NCBI GenBank assembly: GCA_002633005.1
Contig: NMRA01000263.1
Coordinates: 327,389 to 391,388, forward strand
Origin: Phoronis australis
Lineage: Eukaryota > Animalia > Phoronida
Reading direction: 5' to 3'
DNA length: 64,000 nt
Shown here: in pieces, positions 56,001 through 64,000 of the stretch
Numbering within the stretch: position 1 is the stretch's first letter
How the letters are laid out: every line of letters begins with the position of its first letter
Program-made: the position numbers and the translations under genes
The notes under the pieces: generated by a model
What the model saw: the letters and a program-made list of their open reading frames with translations, nothing else
Told to the model about the DNA's origin: nothing
The model's database searches: none

Positions 56001-59000
56001 ACAGCTAATGAAGATCAGAAATATTATTACAAGAGCTGGTCCTGTTGCCACCCATTGTTTACTCCATCCATCAAACATCTCCTGTCCTCCCACTACCCGG
56101 TAGTCTGTTTCCACGGAATAGTTCACTTCGCAGAGTTCAGGTCATGCAAAGCCAGTGAACACAATTGTAGCAATTACAACCATGACGACATAGATTAATG
56201 TACAGTACAAGCCAAATGTATTCAGACAAAGTTGGTTGGCATTCCTCGTCATGATGGATGGGAGGAAGACTAATTCATTGTTTGAGTAGTCTTCTCTCAT
56301 GACCGAGAATGAAGTTAGTAAGGTGGGTACTAGTAAGCCATTGTTACGATTGTCTAATTAGAATTTTGCTAATTGATTTTTGCTGTTAACAGAATTTGAT
56401 GTGATGGGAAAAGGGTATTTTGTGTGATTACTTTTGTCTTGTGTAGTACATCAGAGGTAGTTCACCATGTTCGCTACGGACTCGTGAATGTGTCCGTGCA
56501 AATTAACAAAATGGTTACAGACACTTCCAATAGCAGTGGCAGATTTACATTTTCAGTAAGGGGAGTTTAGGATTCGCGTGAATCCGAGGCGTGTAGCATT
56601 GAGTGGTGGGAGGTTGGGAGGGGGAAACCCCCTTCCGTGTAATATTTTTTTAGTTTTGTAGCTGATTTCGTTTTCCTGGCGGTGTTTTTTTTAATTTTTA
56701 TTTTTGACCCTGTCCCAAAGGGGGTTTAAACCCCCTGAAGCCCCCATAGATCTGCCTCTGAATAGAGCCAGAATGATCTCATTGGTCACATCATCAGCCC
56801 TATCACATCGATGTCAAGGGCTTGTTCTCAAAGGTGTGGTGTTGCCAACTCCACCAGATGGTGCATTGAGTCGAGACGCCATACAAATCAGTTGTAATTA
56901 CAGAAAACATCAAGTATACAAATGTCAAATGTGACAATCCGGCCTCTGGAATGTGTTGTATATCGTGTGTGTCTTCTATCTATACAATCATAGTAGTGAC
57001 TCGGTTGCAGTCTCTTGTCTTTCCTGCCTGTTCAATTTCATTGTGTCGTTTGTCATCAGAAGAATGAGGTTTGAATAAAATTTGGTTCCTAATATTTGTC
57101 TTGTGTATTTTAGGTTCAAGGACTAAAGTGTCACTCAAGGATAACTGTGAATTTGGCAGACCCCGCCCATCTCAACATTCTGGTGAATACAGTTTCTGCG
57201 TTTGACCAGTTTACTCAACATATTAGTCCTAGCACAGTAAATGAAGCAAAGCTGTTTGTAAAATGTAAAATTGTCTGAGAGTAATGGTGGCTCTGACTTA
57301 GAAGCAAATGCAGTGAGTTAAGTCTCAATTCCAACTCTGATTGATACAGAAAACAACATTTATTTATTTTCCTTAAAGTATTACAGATGTGGTGAGTGTG
57401 GTCTCTCATTTCTTTTAATTCTTAACTGTTGTCTGACATTTTGCTTTCGAATTTTAATTGGTTTTCCCCATGGATACTTTCAACATAATTATAATCTATA
57501 TTTAGGATCTACGTATCATGACATGACATTGTTAGGGTTTACTTGATTGGCTGTTTTTGTTGTAGCGGAATGATGATATCCAGCGTTACGACATTGTGGC
57601 TGCGGCACCGGCCTCTGAAAAGTTGTTCCAAGTAAGTTTGAAAGTCAATCAAAATGTGACCATCCATCTTGCATTAATTTGGAACTCTGACAAAAGGTGG
57701 CAGTACTTGCAGGGCTTGGAATTTTCCGCGGAAACGCGGATTTCCGCTTTTTTCAAATGTTCTGTCCACGCATTTTATTATATTTCTGTGTAAAAAAATC
57801 GGATTTGATATAAAATTTCTGCGGCAAATTCCTTTCTTACTGGGGCGTTGCAGACGACGTTCACCTCGAAAAGCGGAAGTTGCTCTTTATGTTTCGGAGG
57901 AACGTAAATTGTCAAGTTTGCCAGGGCATCTGGGATAGCGTGGTGGGATTTTCAATGGCGTCTCGTGTTATTGTAAAGCGCGGCGACAAATACTACGGCT
58001 CTGCAGCCAAAAATGTGTGGGTTGGGAGTGGACGGATGAGCTAAAAGGACGCAGACGCATGCTACTGATGGTCGTAACGTTTTTTTTGTAGTCCTCCCGA
58101 TTTTTGTCGGGGAAAGGTTCACATCGACCATTTCAAGGGTAGCACGCATAATTTGGGCCGTAAAAGTTTCCGCGTTTTTGCCATTGGTCATTCCAAGCCC
58201 AGTACTTGGTTTCCTTGTTTGCAGGCTTGCACGATCATGTCTTAACTCTGATTAATAGCCAAGGATAACTAACCAAGAATTGTGCACAAGACTATAATTT
58301 TGACTTCTATGAGAGATTTCTACTTCAAATCATTCGTATCTAGTCGAGATGCACTAGTAAATTCTTGGTGAAACATGTTTATGTAAGTTGCAAAATATTC
58401 ATTAATTTTTTTGTAAACTGGTATCAGATTTTGAGTTTGAACTTGAGGTACCTTATAAATTTAGCGACATATAGTTTGTCTTATCAGGGCTTGGAATTTT
58501 CCGCGGAAACGCGGGTTTCCGCTTTTTTCAAATGTGCTGTCCGCTTTTTTTATAATATTTCCGCGAAAAAATCGGATTTGATATAAAATTTCCGCGGCAA
58601 ATTCCTTTCTTACCGCGGCGTTGCAGACGACGTTCACCTCGAAAAGCGGAAGTTGCTCTTTATGTTTCGGAGGAACGTAAATTGTCAACATTGCCGGGGC
58701 ATCTGGGACAGCGTGGTGGGATTTTCAATGGTGTCTCGTGTTATTGTTAAGCGCGGCGACAAATACTACCGCTCTGCAGCCAAAAATGTGTGGGTTGGGA
58801 GTGGACGGGCGAGCTAAAAGGACGCAGACGCATGCTACTGATGGTGGTAACGTTTTTTTTTTGTCTGGGAAAGGTTCACATTGACCATTTCAAGGCTGAT
58901 TAGCGGGCATGATTTGGGCCGTAGAAGTTTCCGCGTTTTTTGTCATTGGTCATTCCAAGCCCTGTCTTATACTTGTTTACATTAATACTAGTTTAAGAAT

Positions 59001-62000
59001 TAAAATATTAAATTTTTTATTATCGAAATCATGGAATTATAAATCTCAAATTTCCAGCGATTTTCAGTGATGTAAGTGGTCATCCAAAGATGGTGCCACT
59101 TCACGGTACTACCTCTTGGTTTTTGTTATATTTGACGAAGCTGAAATTTTTTTTTGAGAACTACTGTAGTTCTATTCAAGTGTTTCTTAGCTTGTTAACT
59201 TTCCGCACACCATTAAATTTCTTGGGAGATGGGTTATTTACTTACTGTACTACCCGTGTAATGTTTCCACAATTTCCTGTCATTTCCACCAGATGGCGTG
59301 TAGTAATCTGGAGGTGGATCTTATCACATTCGATATGACTGCAAAGTTACCATTCAAGATCAAGAGGCAGTCTGTTAATGAGGTGAGATTATGTTATTGA
59401 GGTGATATCATGAGCTGAAGGAAAGCAATTGTCCATTGACACACTTGTAAATAGATATTTTACTTGCTCATTATCTTAATTTTGTCCATGTAAATAGGTC
59501 TGGTGACTCAAAAAAGGAAACAAACATCAGGTGCTTGTTGGAGATTATTTCATCTCTGTTAATTTTACGTTTGAAAGTTAAAGTGGTTTCAGATAAGACT
59601 TATGCGCAAAATTATGGGTACATATTATTTGTGTTAATATCTTACAGTTATGCTGTTATTGTAAAGGAGCGTTAGATGATTGTGTTTGTCTGTTATGGCC
59701 ATGTCAAGTTGCTCTGGATTTTTGGACCTCTCTTAAATGATGGATCCAAAGTAAAGCCAAATTTGCTTTACTTTATATTCAAACACTGTTGGTGTACCAG
59801 TTGGAGAAAGAAACATTGATCTTTCACTGTGCTTGACTGAGTCTCATTTGTGCTGCTTAAGAATCTTGAATGTGCAGCCATGTATGGAATTCTTCAAAAA
59901 TGAATATTCAATTAATTTACCATTTAAAAAACTAATTTTCTCAAAAATACAATGTAAACAGGCTATAAAAATAGAGCAACTCCTGTGGACACACTGTTCA
60001 ACGAACATTCAATGTTGATTTGTTTGGCCTAATTTTGAATGAGAAGTGCTACTGAAAATAAAATACTGATTTTGTGGTAATTAAAAGGAAGTAGTTCAGC
60101 ATTCTCAAGTATTACTTGATGTATAAATGAGAGTCAAACTGACTGTACTTGAATGGCTGCTTATGACTAATGACAAATTTGAGTTTCATAAACCATAATG
60201 GTTTATGAAACTGTCAATAGTCATAAGATCTTTCATATTGTTAGTTTCCATGTTAAAGGTCAAGGTTACAAGAAGGAAGCGGTTTGGAAGAAAATAATAA
60301 ATTAGTTATTTAGTTATTTATGACTTAAAGGTATTGTTCATCAATAATTCCAACCAAGGAAAAACCACCACTGTAGTCTGTACACTACTGCAATCATAAT
60401 TGTCTGTAATTACTTTGTGTAATGTTCTGTTGACACAATGTGTTTGTGTTCTGGTAAACACTGCCTTGTTTTGTTTATAAGGCGTTGAGGAGAGGTGTAT
60501 TCTTTGAAATCAACTACTCACCTGCTTTGAAAGACAGCACGTCGAGACGATATACAATTGGAAATGCCTTCAGGTTAATGAGTGTCACGAAAGGGAAGGT
60601 GAGCTTCAGGGCTTTGTGGTACATGTGNNNNNNNNNNNNNNNNNNNNNNNNNNNNNNNNNNNNNNNNNNNNNNNNNNNNNNNNNNNNNNNNNNNNNNNNN
60701 NNNNNNNNNNNNNNNNNNNNNNNNNNNNNNNNNNNNNNNNNNNNNNNNNNNNNNNNNNNNNNNNNNNNNNNNNNNNNNNNNNNNNNNNNNNNNNNNNNNN
60801 GAGGTGGTGAGGAGGGGCTTGTGAGTTTAGCGAAGTCGTGCAACATAATACTAGTGTACAGGGATATTCCTGACAAGGTGTAAACCTTTGCCCTTTCGGC
60901 ACACCTGATGATGAAAAGTGTGCCTTTTTTCAAAAAGTTGTGCACAGCAGACTTATTGTTAATTAAAGTGGTAACACTTGAAACAGAAACCCCAAGGGCT
61001 TTTGAAAAAGGAACAGTCATCATTTGACATGTACAAGTTGTATTTTTATTGAAATTACAAAAACCGCTTAAAGGATGATTGTGAAAATTGGCATGTATGT
61101 TCTTACTATGAAGTGGACGGCTGACGGTGATTTTCCGTAGATTTGCACTACTGTGGCGCCTTCTAGTGGCAGTTTTGTTTTTTTGCGCTTATGGCTATAT
61201 CTCCTAAACCTTTTGAGGGATCATTACTAAATTTAGGAAGTGTATTTGTATGACATTGACAACAGATGACGACGTTCGGACGGATTTGGCTACCGGTGTG
61301 CCCCCTAGTGGCAATTTTATTTTTTTACGTTTACCTCTGTATCTTCAAAAGTCCTCAAAGGATTTTCATAAAATTCAATATGTAGGCACATATTAGTGAG
61401 ATGACGTTGTTCTCCCGTTTTCGGATGGACGCGACATAGGTTGCGCCACCTAGTGGCCATTTTTGCTGTTTTCAAATCTTGGTTTTGGCGTCCACCCCTC
61501 TAGCAACCAAATCATTTTAGGGATGGATTTGAAAATTGGCGTATTTATGTTCTCAGTGTGAAGAGGACGTTTGATGATGGCGACTGACTACTGTGGCGTC
61601 TCCTAGTGGTAGTTTTGATTTGTTTTGCGCCCATAGTTATATCTCCTATACCCACTGAAGGAACTTATTAAATTTAGTAGGAGTATTTTTATGAAGATAA
61701 CAACAGATTTCAACGACTTTCAGGCGGATCCAACAGACACTGTGCCCCACTTAAGTGGCAATTTCATTTTATTCTGTTTTCCTTTGTTTTTCTGAAGTTC
61801 CTTGACACATTTTTATGAAATATGGCATGTTCCAGTTTTTTGATGGATTATACGTTTTTGCACCATCTAGTGGCCATTGTTATGATACAAATAAATAACC
61901 CTAAAAGCACACCATTTGCGATGCATTTGTGGGCGCATTTCAACGCTCTGCGTTGCTGTTGTAGTTTTTTTACGTTTACGTCTGTATCTTCAAAGGTCCT

Positions 62001-63414
62001 CAACAGATTTTCATAAAATTTTGAATATAGCCATCTATGGGTGAGATGACGTTATCCTCTTGTTTTTAGATGGAATCGAGGTATTTTACGCCACCTAGTG
62101 ACCATTTTTGCTGTTTTCAAATCTTGGTTTTGGCGTCCACCCCTCTATCAACCAAATCCTTTTTGGGATGGATTTGAAAATTGGCGTATTTATGTTCTCA
62201 GTGTGAAGAGGACGTTTGATGATGGCGACTGACTACTGTGGCATCTCCTAGTGGTAGTTTTGATTTGTTTTGCACCCATAGTTATATCTCCTATACCCAC
62301 TGAAGGAACTTTATTAAATTTAGTAAGTGTATTTTTATGAAGATAACAACAGATGACAACCTTCAGGCGGATCCAACGGACGCTGTGCCCACAAGTGGCA
62401 ATTTCATTTGATTCTGTTTTTCTTTTTTCTCTGAAGTTCCTTGATGGATTTTATGAAATATGGCATGTTCCTGTTTTTTGGATGGATTGTACGTTTTGTG
62501 CCCTCTAATGGCCATTTTTATGATAAAATAAATAACCCTATAAGCACAACATTTGCGATGCATTCGTGGGCGCATTTCAACGCTCCACGTTGCTCTTGTT
62601 TTGCTTGTGTGGTACATAGGTAAAATTTGAGTAAAATGTCAATATTTTCTCAATGTTTGATCTTTAAGGGATTTGCTGTTGAAATACAAGTTTTTTACTT
62701 GTAAACAGAAACATTGTCCGTCTTGTCTTACATAACCTTGCTACTTTATGTACACCAGGAATGTTTAAAATTGAAAATGATTAGGAATCTGTTCCAGAGT
62801 GTTGAATTGAGGGTAGTTATTAGAATAAACTACTAATTAACTGTGTATGTATTACTGTAAAATTACAATAAAGGAAGACGTGAAGCAAATGTTCATTCTT
62901 CAGAAAAAATAGTGCTGTCTAGCATTCAAGCACACCTAGCTCTTTGCCATGTGTGTTGAATGAAAAGTGATGAAGTTCCCTCTCCAGTGTCTACCAATGG
63001 CAAAATACTGTCTCCAGTGGCTACCAGTGGTAAAATACCTTCTCCAGTGTCGACCAGTTATACTAGAACACCCATCATTTCCACTGCAAAAAACCAAATT
63101 GGCTCGTTACAAGTATCACTTAAAAGACTTGTGCTATTGAATGCACCACAGATATTCTGTAAAACAAGACATATCTGCTGCGTGTAACTATAAAGTCTGA
63201 TTTGAATTTATCAATACCTGATACTTATCCTTTCCTTAATGCCTGCTTTCACACCCAGATGAATTTTGATTCACAACACTCTGTGCATTATTTTTGTTCG
63301 TCTCATTTAGTGATTTGTACAAAGTGTTTCATCTTAATGATTTCAGAATGTAATAATATCCAGCCAAGCTGAAAGTGCCATAGAACTACGTGGACCCCTG
63401 GATGCTGCTAACCT
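47068..63414 (+). CDS. RPP30: ribonuclease P/MRP protein subunit p30, spliced, 3' end beyond window
   Basis: Exons 47068-47152 (MSEPMDLNV...), 49378-49451 (LGFGHVAL), 50556-50609, 51916-51984 (SRITVNLADPAHLNIL), 52368-52433 (YDIVAVAPASEKLFQ), 53116-53205 (ACSNLEVDLITFDMTAKLPF), 54307-54423 (RGVFFEINYSPALKDSTSRRYTIGNA), 63347-63414 (NVIISSQAESAIELRGPLDAANL). Confidence 0.93.
47302..47754. mobile_element. foldback-type repeat with ~75-bp inverted arms and internal 24-bp tandem array
   Basis: 47302-47378 is inverted relative to 47682-47754. Internal unit TACAGGCATAATGTAAGGTACATG occurs ~6 times (47491-47634). B-box-like GGTTCGATTC at ~47399 and ~47786. Confidence 0.65.
51353..51576. mobile_element. 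MITE, same family as 4696-4921
   Basis: CAGTGGCAGATCTAC...TAGATCTGTCTCTG with flanks AATAG/AACAG. Confidence 0.8.
54453..55177. other. assembly gap (N run)
   Basis: Run of n. Confidence 1.
56534..56760. mobile_element. MITE, same family as 4696-4921
   Basis: CAGTGGCAGAT...ATCTGCCTCTG with perfect 5-bp TSD AATAG. Confidence 0.82.
57710..58202. mobile_element. ~500-bp MITE insertion absent from the first copy
   Basis: CAGGGCTTGGAA...TTCCAAGCCCAG with TSD TACTTG. The empty site is at ~52505. Confidence 0.92.
58485..58964. mobile_element. ~480-bp MITE insertion absent from the first copy
   Basis: CAGGGCTTGGAA...TTCCAAGCCCTG with TSD TCTTAT. The empty site is at ~52788. Confidence 0.92.
60628..60800. 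other. assembly gap (N run)
   Basis: Run of n. Confidence 1.
61060..62602 (+). mobile_element. HINE / DINE-1-like element, tandem partial copies
   Basis: Same subunits as 23460-24249. Two 3' ends (GTGGGCGCAT plus CAACGC..CGTTG hairpin) at 61929-61955 and 62566-62592. ~645-bp direct repeat 61324-61960 / 61968-62600. Confidence 0.72.
62981..63058. repeat. 30-bp tandem repeat, ~3 copies
   Basis: Unit ~TCTCCAGTGKCTACCARTGGYAAAATACYK. Confidence 0.7.
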
Positions 63415-64000
63415 GTATCTTTGTGCAAACTGTTGGATCTTTAAATCTGTTACTACTGAGTATTGGCACAGTATTGCGAATGTGACACTACATTTTGTAT
63501 GAGAGGAGGATGTTGGAGCTGATATTAAGTTGAACTTTGTTTAGTTCCCTTGTAGTGTAGTGACCAGCTTCATAAAACTCTTTAATGAAATGATATAAAA
63601 CTCATTACGCTCGTCTTAGCTAAGACTGGGCACATGTCAAATGAACTACATTAGTTCACGTGATCTGGCCTACAGGTGGCGTGCGATTATATTACATTGC
63701 TAGAGTCAGGCAACAATCAAAGTCACTTGTGGCATTTAGTTGTATTTAACAGCAGGTAAGCAACACTGTGATTGATAATCTAGTATGCTCTTGGTTACTT
63801 CCTTAACACTGCTTATAGTGGCAATTTGTTTGGAATGAAGGAAGCCCAGTGTAAAGCCTCAGTAACCTGCCACTGTAGGGCGCTGCTGATGCGAGCAAGT
63901 GAGTGGGAAGACTCTCGAATTTAACCAATATCAACGTGCACACTCCGTGTGCCTAGGATGCCATACTTGAGTCAATGTAACGATTAAAGTTATGAAGAAC

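Larger units (their letters stand above)
55178..60627 (+). repeat. near-identical second copy of 49998-54452 including RPP30 exons 3-7 (likely alternate haplotype)
   Basis: Exon copies at 55732-55785, 57114-57182, 57566-57631, 59293-59382, 60482-60598. Both copies end at the same base (...gtggtacatgtg) before an N gap. Confidence 0.92.

Noticed and set aside
62960-63187. ORF with PSPVST repeats as a possible RPP30 exon
   Set aside because: Product of a 30-bp tandem repeat; RPP30 homology runs directly from exon 7 to 63347.

Overview
AT-rich genomic DNA from a eukaryote (an invertebrate metazoan by gene content; species not identifiable from sequence). Most ORFs in the supplied track are spurious; the real genes are spliced. 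Five multi-exon genes can be assembled by hand with consistent GT-AG phases: a THEG/SPMAP2-repeat protein (+, 614-9986), NOP16 (-, 12305-19305), a HIG1-domain HIGD2A-like gene (+, 19626-21464), beta-TrCP/slimb (BTRC/FBXW11; -, 26831-46788) and RPP30 (+, 47068 to beyond the window). NOP16/HIGD2A and beta-TrCP/RPP30 are head-to-head pairs about 0.3 kb apart. Introns carry non-autonomous DNA transposons (hAT-like with 5-6 bp TSDs, Tc2-like with TA TSD), Helentron-associated (HINE/DINE-1-like) elements, a Penelope-like GIY-YIG remnant and minisatellites. RPP30 exons 3-7 occur twice, each copy ending at an N gap, which is probably an uncollapsed haplotype. Most notable observations: (1) minimal Penelope-type hammerhead-ribozyme motifs with a U3-A8 core in an intronic inverted repeat; (2) a HINE-like element enclosing copied pieces of the neighbouring HIGD2A gene and built from ~145-bp subunits each carrying a CTCF-like motif; (3) a HIRAN-like domain carried inside a Tc2-like element; (4) the NOP16-HIGD2A divergent pair also seen in human; (5) a candidate U12-type intron in RPP30.
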